A stretch of DNA of 64,000 nucleotides from an uncultured Chloroflexia bacterium (GCA_963752475.1 CAVVYR010000006.1:672001-736000), one strand, 5' to 3'; numbered from the stretch's first letter, positions 30,453-41,030 are shown. Notes: a model not told the origin generated them from the letters alone. Program-made: numbers and translations.

Positions 30453-31568
30453 GTGCCCAGATTGATCCAGGTCGATGACCTCCCTGACATCGCGCGCGGC
30501 TGTTCCGTGCTCGGAGCGGGCGGCGGCGGAGAGGCCTACGTCGCGACGTTGATGGCCACGCAGGCCATCGAGGAGCACGGCCCCATCCGGCTCGTCGACT
30601 ACGACGAACTGCCCCAGGACGCGATGGTCATGTCCTGCGGGTTCCTGGGTGCCCCCACCGTCACCATCGAGAAGCTCAGCTCGGGCGAGGAAGGACAGTA
30701 CCTGCGCGAGGAGATCGAGCGGCTCTGGCAGAGACCCGTGGCGGCGCTGATGTGTGCCGAGATCGGCGGCTCCAACGGCATGGCGCCGCTGACGTGGGCG
30801 GCCAGGACGGGCCTGCCGGTGCTCGATGCCGACGGCATGGGCCGCGCCTTCCCGGAGGTGCAGATGGTGACCATGGAGCTGGCTGGCATCTCGGCACAGC
30901 CGGCCATCGTGGTCGACGAGCGGGGCCACCGGGCGGTGTTCCACGAGGTCTACGGCGAGTGGGCCGAGCGCCTTGAGCGGGCCATCGCCATCGCCTGTGG
31001 AGGCATCGCCGCCAGCGCCGAGTACACCATGACCGTGGCCCAGGCCCGGGACGCCACCGTGCCCGGCACCGTGAGCCTGGCCGCGGACATCGGGCGTGCC
31101 ATCAGTGGGGCGCCAGACGACCCGGTCGAATCCGTCATCGCCGCCACGGGCGCCGCCCGACTGCTCGAGGGCAAGATCGTGGACGTGGCCAATCGCATCG
31201 TGGGCGGCTTCGTGCGGGGCACGGTCACGGTCGAGGGGTCCCGTGGTGACGCCGGGCGCACGCTGGGGATCGAGATCCAGAACGAGCTGCTCGTTGCGCG
31301 TATCGACGGGGAGCTGCGGGCCGTGGCGCCGGACATCATCACGCTGCTCGACGAACAGACTGGCGAGGCCATCCATACCGAGCGGCTCAAGTACGGTCAG
31401 CGCGTCGTGGCCATCGCCATCCCGTGCCCACCGGTGTGGCGCAGCGAGGCCGGCCTGCGCACGGCTGGTCCGGCCGCCTTCGGTTTCGATCTGGAGTACG
31501 TGCCCGTCGAAGAGCTCAATCCTGGAACCGGCGCGTGGCCCGGCAAGGACGTTGGAGCGACCTCGTGA
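30453..31568 (+). CDS. DUF917 family protein
   Basis: LGAGGGG, EIGGSN, DADGMGRAFPE, QNELL, PDII. Confidence 0.88.
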   Translation: MPRLIQVDDLPDIARGCSVLGAGGGGEAYVATLMATQAIEEHGPIRLVDYDELPQDAMVMSCGFLGAPTVTIEKLSSGEEGQYLREEIERLWQRPVAALMCAEIGGSNGMAPLTWAARTGLPVLDADGMGRAFPEVQMVTMELAGISAQPAIVVDERGHRAVFHEVYGEWAERLERAIAIACGGIAASAEYTMTVAQARDATVPGTVSLAADIGRAISGAPDDPVESVIAATGAARLLEGKIVDVANRIVGGFVRGTVTVEGSRGDAGRTLGIEIQNELLVARIDGELRAVAPDIITLLDEQTGEAIHTERLKYGQRVVAIAIPCPPVWRSEAGLRTAGPAAFGFDLEYVPVEELNPGTGAWPGKDVGATS

Positions 31569-33136
31569 GCGAGCACGACCGGCAGCGTCCTCTCGACCTG
31601 CGGCTCGGCATCGACGTCGGCGGGACCAACACGGACGCCGTCGTGCTCGATCGGCACGACGAGCTGCTGGCCAAGACGAAGTCCCCGACCTCGGCCGATG
31701 TGAGCTCCGGCATCGAGGCGGCGGTCGACAAGGTGCTCGAGAGCGGCGATGTCGACCGCTCGCGTATCAGCCACGTGATGCTGGGCACGACCCACGCGAC
31801 CAACGCGGTCCTCGAGCGCAAGAACCTGCACCGGGTGGCGGTGCTCCGCATCGGTGCTCCGGCCTCGCTCTCGGTGCGGCCGCTGCTGACCTGGCCGCAG
31901 GATCTCGTCGCAGTCGTCTCGGGCGGCGAGACGGTGGTTCGCGGTGGCATCGAGCTTGACGGCCGCGAGATCGTGCCCTTCGACGCGGCGGCCGTCCGTG
32001 CGTTCCTCGGATCGCTGACCGGCACGGTCGATGCGGTCGCCATCACCAGCGTGTTCGCCCCCGTTTCGCCGCGCCACGAGCTGGCAGCGGCCGACATCGC
32101 TCACGAGGTCATGGGGCCGGAGGTCCATGTCTCGATGAGCCACGAGCTGGGCGCGCTGGGTATCCTCGAGCGCGAGAATTCGACCGTGCTCAACGGGGCG
32201 TTGCTGGGCGTCGCACGCGACGTGGCAGGCACCCTTGCGGCAGCCCTTGAGCGCCGCGGCATCGCGGCGCTGCTGTACTTCGCCCAGAACGACGGCACGC
32301 TCATGGCCCTCGATCACGCGGTCCGCTTCCCGGTGCTGACCATCGGCTCCGGCCCGGCCAACTCGCTGCGTGGCGCGGCCTACCTCACCGGCCGGGACGA
32401 TGGCATCGTGGTCGACGTGGGCGGGACCTCCACGGACATCGGCGTGCTCGTCGGTGGCTTCCCGCGCGAGTCGAGCCAGGCCGTCGAGATCGGTGGCGTG
32501 CGCACGAACTTCCGCATGCCTGACATCGTCTCGATCGCCGTCGGCGGCGGCACCATCGTGCGCGCGGGCGCCATCGGCCCCGACTCGGTCGCCTGGCGCA
32601 TCGGTACCGAGGGGCTCGCCTTCGGTGGCGGCACGCCCACGCTGACCGACGCTGCCTTGGGCGAAGGTCGTGTCAGCGGTGTCGGGAGCATGAGCCCCGG
32701 GAGCGAGCACGCCCAGCTGCTGCACGCAGGCTTGGCCCTGGCCGACCGCGACGTGGCCGACGCCATCGACCGCGTCAAGACCTCGCGCAGCGACGCACCG
32801 ATCATCGCCGTCGGCGGCGGCAGCATCATCCTGGCCGACGAGATCCCTGGCGCCAGCGAGATCCTGCGTCCGGCCAACCACGACGTGGCCAACGCCATCG
32901 GTGCTGCCATCGCCAAGGTCAGCGGCAGCGCTGAAGAGGTCGTGACCTACGCGGCCAAGTCGCACGCGGAGGCGGTCCAGGAGATCGCCGCACGTGCCGG
33001 TGCCGCGGCCGTGGCGGCAGGCGCTGATCCCGATCGCGTCGAGGTCGTCGACGTCGAGGAGACACCACTCACGTATCTGATGGAGCCCGCGGCCCGCATC
33101 CGGGTCAAGGCGGCTGGACCACTGGTGATGGGGTAG
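31565..33136 (+). CDS. Hydantoinase/oxoprolinase A-type ATP-binding protein
   Basis: GIDVGGTNTDA, GTTHATNA, SGPANS, DVGGTSTD, ANAIGAA. Confidence 0.9.
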   Translation: MSEHDRQRPLDLRLGIDVGGTNTDAVVLDRHDELLAKTKSPTSADVSSGIEAAVDKVLESGDVDRSRISHVMLGTTHATNAVLERKNLHRVAVLRIGAPASLSVRPLLTWPQDLVAVVSGGETVVRGGIELDGREIVPFDAAAVRAFLGSLTGTVDAVAITSVFAPVSPRHELAAADIAHEVMGPEVHVSMSHELGALGILERENSTVLNGALLGVARDVAGTLAAALERRGIAALLYFAQNDGTLMALDHAVRFPVLTIGSGPANSLRGAAYLTGRDDGIVVDVGGTSTDIGVLVGGFPRESSQAVEIGGVRTNFRMPDIVSIAVGGGTIVRAGAIGPDSVAWRIGTEGLAFGGGTPTLTDAALGEGRVSGVGSMSPGSEHAQLLHAGLALADRDVADAIDRVKTSRSDAPIIAVGGGSIILADEIPGASEILRPANHDVANAIGAAIAKVSGSAEEVVTYAAKSHAEAVQEIAARAGAAAVAAGADPDRVEVVDVEETPLTYLMEPAARIRVKAAGPLVMG

Positions 33137-33177
33137 ACCCGGACTCCTCCGGGCCCCAGGAAGGAGAATCAAGGGAA

Positions 33178-34776
33178 ATGAGGATCAACCGAAGCCGTGC
33201 TGGCTGGCTGGGTGCTGCGTTCGCAGGTGCGGCGCTGGCGCTGACCATGCCGATGGCGGCGATGGCACAGGACGTGGACACGTTCACGTACGCGCCCAAC
33301 AACCCGGTCGTGACCGACCTCGACCCGGCGACCTCGTACTCCAACGAGGTCACCGCGATGCACAACATGTACGAGTCGCTGACGCGCTATGACTCGGCCA
33401 GCGGCGAGGTGCTGCCGGCGCTCGCGACCGAGTGGACGGCCAGCGATGACGCGCTGACCTGGACCTTCACCCTGCGCGACGACGTGACCTTCCATACCGG
33501 CAACCCGATGGACGCCGAGGCGGCGAAGGCCGCCCTCGAGCGCACCCGCGACCTGGGCCTTGGTGCCGGCTACATCTGGGGCGGTGTCGAGGCCTTCGAG
33601 GCTCCCGATGCCACCACGCTGGTGATGAACCTGTCCTGGCCGGCCCCCATGGACCTCATCGCCGCAGCGAACTACGCGGCCTACATCTACGACGTCGAGG
33701 CTGCCGGCGAGGGCGCCAGCGAGGAAGAGCTGGTGGCCTGGTTCGGCGAGGGCAACGACGCCGGTACCGGTCCCTACACGCTCTCGAGCTGGGAGCCCGG
33801 CACCGAGTTCGAGGTCACCCTCGATGCCTACCCCGAGTACTGGGGCGGCTGGGACGGCGAGCACTATGAGGAAGTCGTCTTCCGCGTCGTGCCCGAGGAG
33901 ACGACCGCGCTGCAGCTGGTCAAGGCCGGCGAGGTCTCGGCCGTCGAGCGCTTGACCCCGCAGCTCATCGACAGCCTGCGTAGCGATGAGAACGTGCAGA
34001 TCGTCGAGACTCCGTCGCTGCAGAACCTGGTGATCCTGCTCAACACCTCGTCCGGCCCGCTGGCCGACCCGGCCGTGCGTGCGGCCGTGGCCAAGGCCGT
34101 CGACACCGACGGCATCGGCGTTGCGCTCACCGGTGCGGTCGTGCCTACCAAGGGCGTCATCCCACCCGGCCTCCTTGGCCACAGCGACGAACTGACAGGC
34201 ACCGGTCTTGATCTCGAGGGCGCGGCCGAGCTGCTGGCCGGCACGGGCTATGGTCCAGAAAGCGAACCGCTGAACCTGACCATGACCATCGCCGCGGGTG
34301 ACACCGATGAGATGCTCGTCGGCGCCAGCATGAAGTCGAACCTGGCCGAGCTGGGCATCGAGCTCGACGTCCAGCCGCTCGAGTGGCAGGCCCAGTGGGA
34401 CCGCGCCATCAGTGACAACATCGACGAGCGTCAGGACATCTTCGTGATGTACTGGTGGCCCGACTACCCTGACCCGTTCAGCTGGTTCATCTCCATGTTC
34501 TACACGGAGGAAGAGCCGACCTTCAACCTGGCCTACTACTCCGACCCGGACATGGACGCGGCCATCGACGAGATCCAGTCCCTGACCGTTACCGATCGCG
34601 AGGCCGCCGAGGCCAAGTACATCGAGATGCAGCAGCAGCTCATCGACGATGCCGTCGTGGTCGTGCCCTACGTCCAGAACTACCAGCGAGCGCTGGACGC
34701 CAGCGTCGAGGGCTACGTCGACGATCCGGCCTACGCGCAGGTCCCGTTCGTCTATGACATGAGCCCGCAGGGCTGA
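33178..34776 (+). CDS. Family 5 (peptide/nickel) ABC substrate-binding protein
   Basis: AAGGAG upstream; signal peptide; LDPA, YESL, WTFTLRDDVTFH, GTGPY. Confidence 0.92.
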   Translation: MRINRSRAGWLGAAFAGAALALTMPMAAMAQDVDTFTYAPNNPVVTDLDPATSYSNEVTAMHNMYESLTRYDSASGEVLPALATEWTASDDALTWTFTLRDDVTFHTGNPMDAEAAKAALERTRDLGLGAGYIWGGVEAFEAPDATTLVMNLSWPAPMDLIAAANYAAYIYDVEAAGEGASEEELVAWFGEGNDAGTGPYTLSSWEPGTEFEVTLDAYPEYWGGWDGEHYEEVVFRVVPEETTALQLVKAGEVSAVERLTPQLIDSLRSDENVQIVETPSLQNLVILLNTSSGPLADPAVRAAVAKAVDTDGIGVALTGAVVPTKGVIPPGLLGHSDELTGTGLDLEGAAELLAGTGYGPESEPLNLTMTIAAGDTDEMLVGASMKSNLAELGIELDVQPLEWQAQWDRAISDNIDERQDIFVMYWWPDYPDPFSWFISMFYTEEEPTFNLAYYSDPDMDAAIDEIQSLTVTDREAAEAKYIEMQQQLIDDAVVVVPYVQNYQRALDASVEGYVDDPAYAQVPFVYDMSPQG

Positions 34777-34787
34777 CGCCTGCGCCT

Positions 34788-34823
34788 GATCAGGAGCGTG
34801 GGGCGAACCTCGCGCTCCTGATC
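34788..34823 (+). terminator. Strong intergenic hairpin after the SBP gene
   Basis: GATCAGGAGCG…CGCTCCTGATC. Confidence 0.6.
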
Positions 34824-34840
34824 GAGAAGGACCGAGTCCG

Positions 34841-35860
34841 ATGACGATGCGACAGCTCCTGATGCGGCGATTGCCGCAGACGTTGCTCGTCGCGGTCGGC
34901 GTCGGGCTCGTCGCGTTCTTCATCACCCGGCTGCTGCCGGGAGACCCGGCTTCGACCTGGGCCGGCCCCCGTGCCTCGCGCGAGGAGCTGGCCTTGGTCA
35001 GCGAGCAGCTGGGCCTCGATCTGCCTCTGCCCGAGCAGGCCGTGCGCTACCTCATCGGGCTGGCCTCGGGTGACTGGGGCATCTCCATCCACACCCGTCA
35101 GCCGGTCATCGAGGATGTGGCCGGGCGCCTGGTGGCCTCACTCGAGCTCGTGGGCATGGCCATGCTCATGGCCGTCATCGGCGGACTCTTCCTGGGCATG
35201 GTCGGCGCGCGCTGGAAGGGCCACTGGCCAGACTGGATCACCAGCGCCCTCACTGCTATCCTCGTGTCTGCCCCGATCTTCTGGCTGGGCCTGCTGCTGC
35301 AGCTGACCGTGGCCACCGAGCTGGACCTGCTGCCCGTGGCCGGGCGCTATGACCGTGACTTCCGCGACGTGGTGGCTGAGCAAGGCATCACCGGCCTGGT
35401 GATGCTGGATGCCGCACTCCGGCTGAACGGACCGCTGCTCATGTCGGCCGCGACCCACGTGCTGCTGCCGGCGATGGTCGTGGCCGCCTATCCCACGGGG
35501 CTCATCGCGCGCCTCTTCCGCGCCAGCCTCATCGAGACGCTGGGCGAGGAGCACGTGCGCATGGCCCGAGCCATCGGCTTCAACGAGCGCACCATCATCT
35601 GGCGCTTCGCCCTTCGCTCGTCGCTGGGCCCGGTGCTGGCGGCGCTGGCACTCGTCTTCGGCTACGCCCTGGCCAACACCTTCCTCGTGGAGAACCTCTT
35701 CGACTGGCCGGGCTTGGGCTCGTACGTCGCCGACTCCATCACCACGCTCGATGCCCCGTCGATCGCCGGTGCCACCGTCGTGGTCGCGCTGGCCTACCTG
35801 CTGGCCAACCTGGTGGTGGACATCATCCGGCCCGTGGTCGACCCGAGGCTGCGCGCATGA
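34841..35860 (+). CDS. DppB-like ABC permease
   Basis: LPGDPA, ARAIG, VENLFDWPGLG. Confidence 0.92.
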   Translation: MTMRQLLMRRLPQTLLVAVGVGLVAFFITRLLPGDPASTWAGPRASREELALVSEQLGLDLPLPEQAVRYLIGLASGDWGISIHTRQPVIEDVAGRLVASLELVGMAMLMAVIGGLFLGMVGARWKGHWPDWITSALTAILVSAPIFWLGLLLQLTVATELDLLPVAGRYDRDFRDVVAEQGITGLVMLDAALRLNGPLLMSAATHVLLPAMVVAAYPTGLIARLFRASLIETLGEEHVRMARAIGFNERTIIWRFALRSSLGPVLAALALVFGYALANTFLVENLFDWPGLGSYVADSITTLDAPSIAGATVVVALAYLLANLVVDIIRPVVDPRLRA

Positions 35861-36756
35861 CCGCTGCCGACGAGATCCGCACTACTTCGCCCGGGCGCGT
35901 GCGATCGGCGCTGGGCCGGACCGCGACCTACGTGCGCCACCATCCAGGGCTCATCGTGGCCGGGGTCATCATCGCGCTCATCGTGGGCGCTGCGCTGCTC
36001 GCGCCGTGGGTCGCGCCATACCCCGACGACGCCAGCAGCGCCACCAACCTGCTGAACACGCTCCAGCCACCGGGCGACGAACACCGGCTGGGCACTGACC
36101 TCGTCGGCCGCGATGTCCTCAGCCGAGTGCTGTTCGGAGCGTGGTACTCGGTGGGTACGAGCGTGCTCGTCATCGCCGGTGCCTTGCTCATCGGCGTGCC
36201 CATCGGCCTCTTCAGCGGGGCCATCGGCGGCTGGGTCGACGACATCCTCATGCGCGTGGTGGACATCTTCCTGGCCTTCCCCTCGCTGCTGCTGGCGCTG
36301 GCCATCGGCGCCGCGCTGGGCCCGTCGCTGGAGCACGCGGCCATCGCCATCGTCATCGCCTGGTGGCCGTGGTACGCGCGGCTCATGCGCGGCGAGGCCG
36401 CGGCCATCCGCGGCCGCGCCTTCATCGAGTCAGGCCGGCTCCTGGGTATCGGCCAGGTCCGCATCGCGGTGCGACACATCCTGCCCAACGCGGCCGGCCC
36501 GGTCATCGTTCAGGCGTCGCTCGACCTTGGTGGCGTCATCCTCACGCTCGCAGGCCTCAGCTTCCTGGGCCTGGGGGCGCGCGATCCGGTGCCCGAGTGG
36601 GGCCTGATGGTCGAGCAGGGCCGAACGCTGTTCCAGACGCACCCCTGGGTGGCCATCGCGCCGGGCGCTGCCATCATGCTGGCCGCACTCGCTTTCACGT
36701 TGCTGGGTGAGGGCCTGCGTGAGCGGCTCGATCCGAAGGGGGCGACGCGCAAGTGA
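35857..36756 (+). CDS. DppC-like ABC permease
   Basis: LGTDLVGRD, RHILPN, LSFLGLG, PEWG. Confidence 0.92.
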   Translation: MTAADEIRTTSPGRVRSALGRTATYVRHHPGLIVAGVIIALIVGAALLAPWVAPYPDDASSATNLLNTLQPPGDEHRLGTDLVGRDVLSRVLFGAWYSVGTSVLVIAGALLIGVPIGLFSGAIGGWVDDILMRVVDIFLAFPSLLLALAIGAALGPSLEHAAIAIVIAWWPWYARLMRGEAAAIRGRAFIESGRLLGIGQVRIAVRHILPNAAGPVIVQASLDLGGVILTLAGLSFLGLGARDPVPEWGLMVEQGRTLFQTHPWVAIAPGAAIMLAALAFTLLGEGLRERLDPKGATRK

Positions 36757-37547
36757 ACGAGAACGTGTCGCCGCTCCTGCGCATCCGCGACCTGCAGGTC
36801 GACATCGGTGGGGCGCGGCTGCTCGACATCGACGAGCTCGACGTGGGCCGTGGCGAGATCGTGGGCTTGGTAGGGGAGAGCGGCGCAGGCAAGAGCCTGA
36901 TGCAGGCGGCCGTGCTGGGCTTGCTGCCGGGGAATGCAGAGGTGTCCGGTAGCCTGACCTTCGACGGTGTCGAGGTGTTGGGTGCGAGCCGTTCGGTGCT
37001 GCACGACATCCGCGGACAGCGCATCACGGTCGTGTTGCAGGCGGCCCGTGCGGCGCTCACGCCGACCATCCGTGCCGAGACCTGGATCGGCCGAGCGTTG
37101 GCACTGCATGACGTGCCCAAGGCCGAGCGGGTGACCCGGCTGGAGCACGCGCTCGATGCGGTGCGCCTGAACCCGGACCTGCTCAAGCGTTATCCGCATC
37201 AGCTCTCCGGTGGTGAGGCGCAACGCGTCTCGATCGCGCTGGCGGTGGCGCTGCGCGCGGAGCTCATCCTGGCCGACGAGGCCACCAGCGCGCTGGATGT
37301 GACGGTGCAGGCGGAGGTGGCCGAGCTCTTCCGCCAGCTGCGGGACAACGAGGGCACATCCTTCCTGCTGGTCTCGCACGACCTCGCGCTGGTCGCCGGT
37401 CTGGCCGACCGCATCAACATCATCGAGCGCGGACGCGTCGTCGAGCGTGGCGGGCCGGAGATCCTCAGCCACCCGACCGACCCCGTGACTCAGGCGCTGG
37501 TGGCGGCCAAGCCTGAGCTACCAAGGCCGGCGGAGGTGGCCACATGA
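36753..37547 (+). CDS. DppD-like ABC ATPase
   Basis: GESGAGKS, YPHQLSGG, DEATSALD. Confidence 0.92.
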   Translation: MNENVSPLLRIRDLQVDIGGARLLDIDELDVGRGEIVGLVGESGAGKSLMQAAVLGLLPGNAEVSGSLTFDGVEVLGASRSVLHDIRGQRITVVLQAARAALTPTIRAETWIGRALALHDVPKAERVTRLEHALDAVRLNPDLLKRYPHQLSGGEAQRVSIALAVALRAELILADEATSALDVTVQAEVAELFRQLRDNEGTSFLLVSHDLALVAGLADRINIIERGRVVERGGPEILSHPTDPVTQALVAAKPELPRPAEVAT

Positions 37548-38575
37548 CCGAGCCGACCACCCTTGGCGCGGCAACCCCGGCGGTGCTTCAGGCCAGCGAC
37601 CTCGAGATCCGCTACCCGGGGACTGACAAGCGTATGCCGCCGGCCTTCGCGATCGATCGTCTCGAGCTCGAGCCAGGCGCGTCGCTGGCACTGGTCGGCG
37701 AGAGCGGGTCGGGCAAGACCACGGCCCTGCGCGCGCTGCTGGGGCTGGTCAAGCCGAGCGCTGGAACGGTGACCTGGAACGGCGAACCGGTCACGGGCAT
37801 GGGACGGGGTGAGCTGCGGACCTTCCGCAAGGCGATCCAGCCGATCATGCAGGACGTGGACGGTGCACTCGACCCGCGCCAGACGGTCGGCTCGGCTGTC
37901 GCCGAGGGTTGGCGGGCCGGCGGCAGGACCGAACGGCGCGATGGGGAGGGGCAGGATGACGTCGTGCTGCGGCTGCTGGGCGAGGTCGGCCTACCCGCGA
38001 GCGCGGCCAAGCGCCATCCCCATGAGATCTCCGGCGGGCAGCGCCAGCGCGCGGTCATCGCCCGGGCCCTCGCCGTGGGGCCGCGGATGCTCTTCCTCGA
38101 CGAGCCCACCAGCGGGCTTGATGCCACGGTCGCGGTGCGTATCCTCGAGCTCATCGAGCGGCTGCGCCTGGAGCGCGGTCTGGGCATCCTGCTCATCAGC
38201 CACGACCTCGGCGTGGTCACGCGTCTTTGCACAGAGACGGTCGTGCTCTACCGCGGTGAGGTCGTCGAGCGAGGCAACACCGAGCGACTGCTGACCTTGC
38301 CGCGAAGCCCCTACACAGCGGCCTTGCGACGCTCTGTGCCGGAGCTCGGAGTGCCCTTCCGTGTGCCCTTCCACCCGAGTGGTGCCGCGGCCTCGATCGA
38401 TCCCGTGGTGGGCTGTCGCTTCGGGCCCAGATGTGCATTCGCTGAAACGGACACGTGCGCGGTCAGGCAGGAGCTGATCGCCCTGGACGACGGCACCAGC
38501 GTCCGCTGTGGACGGTCGTCGGAACTCGGGCCGATCGATCCACTGGTCGACGAGGTAGTCACGACCAGGAAGTAG
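37544..38575 (+). CDS. DppF-like ABC ATPase with C-terminal Cys cluster
   Basis: GESGSGKT, ISGGQRQR, DEPTSGLD, GCRFGPRC. Confidence 0.92.
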   Translation: MTEPTTLGAATPAVLQASDLEIRYPGTDKRMPPAFAIDRLELEPGASLALVGESGSGKTTALRALLGLVKPSAGTVTWNGEPVTGMGRGELRTFRKAIQPIMQDVDGALDPRQTVGSAVAEGWRAGGRTERRDGEGQDDVVLRLLGEVGLPASAAKRHPHEISGGQRQRAVIARALAVGPRMLFLDEPTSGLDATVAVRILELIERLRLERGLGILLISHDLGVVTRLCTETVVLYRGEVVERGNTERLLTLPRSPYTAALRRSVPELGVPFRVPFHPSGAAASIDPVVGCRFGPRCAFAETDTCAVRQELIALDDGTSVRCGRSSELGPIDPLVDEVVTTRK

Positions 38576-38733
38576 GCGATTGCCGCACAGCGGCAAGCGG
38601 CGACCGGAACGGCTGCATGCTCGCGACATTGCCCATGCGGAGCGGCTCGTCCAGCATGTGACCTGCCGTCCGAGAGCGACCGGCCAGCAAGGCCGGCAGG
38701 GCGCCATCACGAGAAGACAAGAGGCACCGGCCG

Positions 38734-38952
38734 ATGACCAAGACCTTCGAGCGGTTCCTGCGCTCGTTCAGCGACGAGGAGCTCACCGCATTCGCACACG
38801 ATCGCGGTCGTGTCCAGCCGCCCTACTGGAAGGTCATGCGATTGGCGCTACAGGTCGAGGCTGGTCGACGGGGACTGCGCTTCGACGAGGACATCGCCGA
38901 GCCCGTCGGCGACACAACATCAGAACCCACGGCTCGAACCGGGACGGCCTAG
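38734..38952 (+). CDS. Small hypothetical protein (72 aa)
   Basis: Host-like codon usage; GAGG upstream; terminator downstream. Confidence 0.5.
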   Translation: MTKTFERFLRSFSDEELTAFAHDRGRVQPPYWKVMRLALQVEAGRRGLRFDEDIAEPVGDTTSEPTARTGTA

Positions 38953-38988
38953 AGAGCATCGCCAGGCGCGAACCCGCGCAGACACGAG

Positions 38989-39021
38989 AGAGACGCCCTT
39001 CCGAGGGGGAGGGGCGTCTCT
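38989..39021. terminator. Hairpin between convergent genes
   Basis: AGAGACGCCC…GGGCGTCTCT followed by T-rich bases. Confidence 0.65.
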
Positions 39022-39110
39022 TGCTGTTCTGGCGACGACCCTCAGGAGCCCAGCCCGAGGGTCGCCGCACATGCGCGGACGCTTGGGAGCGGCGCCCGCC
39101 GAGGAGGAGG

Positions 39111-39638
39111 TCAGCCGATCTCGATCACGCCGGGCGCTGTCGCCGGACCCCCTTCGTCGGTAAGGGTGAAGGTGCCGCTCATGAACAGGGGCTGGCCGGC
39201 GAGATCGGCGTAGTCACCGAAGGCCTCCACGACCGTGCCGTTCATGGAGTACTTCTGGGCCTCGCGGTCACTCAGGCCGGCGTCGTGGCCCCACATGACC
39301 AGGTCGCCCTCATAGGTCTGGGGCGCGCACCCGTCGTCGTAGACGAGTTCCAAGCCGTCGTAGATCGCCCAGATCTCGATGAAGGCTCCCATACCGTCCT
39401 CGGGGTCGTGGTTCGGCGGCCGGCCGTCGCCTAGATTGAAGAAGACCATGTCGTGCACGTCGCCGTCGAAGTCGACCGTGCCGACCCAGTCAGGCACCTC
39501 GTCGCCGGGCGCCTCGAAGCACCGGTTCCAGGCCAGGTCGACCTCGCCGGTGATTGTCTCTGTAGCCAGCGCGGCGGGGACGAACGCCAGCGTTGCTGAC
39601 AGCGCCAGCGCCAGCCCGACTGCGGACTTGCGAAGCAT
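39111..39638 (-). CDS. Secreted acidic hypothetical protein
   Basis: GGAGG RBS; signal peptide MLRKSAVGLALALSATLAFVPAALA; two Cys. Confidence 0.72.
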   Translation of the reverse strand: MLRKSAVGLALALSATLAFVPAALATETITGEVDLAWNRCFEAPGDEVPDWVGTVDFDGDVHDMVFFNLGDGRPPNHDPEDGMGAFIEIWAIYDGLELVYDDGCAPQTYEGDLVMWGHDAGLSDREAQKYSMNGTVVEAFGDYADLAGQPLFMSGTFTLTDEGGPATAPGVIEIG

Positions 39639-39737
39639 GATGTCTGCCTCCGTCATCGAGCGCTTCACGGTGGCCCGTCCGATACGGACCGCGAGCACTA
39701 TCTGGGAGGAGTCAACGACAGCATCTTCAACGTCGGC

Positions 39738-39880
39738 TCAACCGATGCTCACTGGCCTGGGTGACCGGGCCAGCTCGATAGCCTTGTCGAGGCTCAGCGC
39801 GCGGCCCCAAGCCCAGGCGCGCTCGAGTTCGTCCTTGTCCAGTAGGCGCGCGGCAACCGTGCGGGCGGTGCGGGCGTGAG
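39738..39880 (-). pseudogene. C-terminal remnant of an ATPase/TPR (AfsR/LuxR-type) protein
   Basis: ELERAWAWGRALSLDKAIELA resembles the common AWxxGRALSLDEAI tail; no N-terminus. Confidence 0.5.
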
Positions 39881-39964
39881 GGCTCAATGTACAGCGCGGC
39901 GGTATGCGTTGTCGAGGAAGGTCGCGCCAACCAGCTGCCACGCCCGCCTCGCTACCCTACGCTT

Positions 39965-40023
39965 GTGACCGACCTCGAGGCCGCCTGGGCCGCCGTCCAC
40001 GAGCACACGCCCGAGGGCTGGTG
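39965..40023 (+). repeat. Truncated 59-bp copy of the 5' end of gene 41148-41447
   Basis: VTDLEAAWAAVHEHTPEGW versus VTDLEAACDAVHENTPEGW. Confidence 0.8.
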
Positions 40024-40055
40024 GGATCACACGTTCAACGGGCTCCCCCTTCTCA

Positions 40056-41030
40056 CTACGGGACGTAGATGTCCACGTCGATGAAACCGTCGTCGCCCAG
40101 GCCGGCCGCGATGATGTTGAGGTCGCCCGTCGGCCGGCTCGGAGACCCGGCTTCTGCGTAGACCCCGTCATGGTCACCCGCGATCCGGTCGTCCCAGAAC
40201 TGGGACTCGTGATGCGCATCCTCTTCGGAGTAGAGGTCGAAATCTTGGGTTGTGCTGCTGCGGGCCCAGCTGTAGTACACGCCGGCACTGTCTTGGACGT
40301 AGACGATATCGACGGTAGCATCCTGGTCCGCGGTCGCGACCGGGTGGCTCTTGACCGCCCAAGGCTCCATCGTCTGGCGGATGCGGGCCGGCGCGACGGC
40401 ATCCAGCCTCGTCGGGTACTGGCCCATGTTGATAGTGTCGCCGGCCCCGACCACGCCGTCTCTGTTGGTGTCGACGATCTCGGCGATCATCACGTCGCCA
40501 GCGTCGTAGGCGTGGTTCATGTTGGCGTCGGTGTAGGCCACCACAAGCGTCGGTGGGGGTGGTGGCGGTGGCGGGGGCAGCTCGCAGTTGGCGACCATGC
40601 CGGTCCCGGTGCCCTGGTAGCACGTATCCACGCTGAGGCCGCCGTTGAGCAGGTCATCGCCTACCTGGCCAGCGACGAAGTCAGGGCCCGGCCCCCCGTG
40701 GAGGCGGTCGTTGCCCAGCTGGCCCCAGAGGGTGTCGGCGCCGAGGCCGCCGACGACGAGGTCGTTGCCCTTGCCGGCACAGATGAGGTCGTTGCCGCCC
40801 CGACCGTAGATACGGTCGTTCCCACCGCGGGCCACGATGATGTCGCGCTTGGCGGTGCCGCGGATGACCTCGCCCTTCCGCGTGCCCACGATCGTGGCCA
40901 CCTTGCCCTGGCACTTGGGCTTCGGTTTGGCCGCCTCGACCTCGGCGGCGAGGGCCGTGGCCGCGAGCGTGGCGGCCAACGTGGCAGCGGCCATCAAGGC
41001 CACGGCACGGCGGAGTCGTGTTCCTTCCAT
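40056..41030 (-). CDS. Secreted RTX/hemolysin-type Ca-binding repeat protein, paralogue 1
   Basis: Signal peptide, CQGKVATIVGT, GGxGxD repeats, poly-Pro linker, acidic C-domain ending GDDGFIDVDIY. Confidence 0.85.
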   Translation of the reverse strand: MEGTRLRRAVALMAAATLAATLAATALAAEVEAAKPKPKCQGKVATIVGTRKGEVIRGTAKRDIIVARGGNDRIYGRGGNDLICAGKGNDLVVGGLGADTLWGQLGNDRLHGGPGPDFVAGQVGDDLLNGGLSVDTCYQGTGTGMVANCELPPPPPPPPPTLVVAYTDANMNHAYDAGDVMIAEIVDTNRDGVVGAGDTINMGQYPTRLDAVAPARIRQTMEPWAVKSHPVATADQDATVDIVYVQDSAGVYYSWARSSTTQDFDLYSEEDAHHESQFWDDRIAGDHDGVYAEAGSPSRPTGDLNIIAAGLGDDGFIDVDIYVP

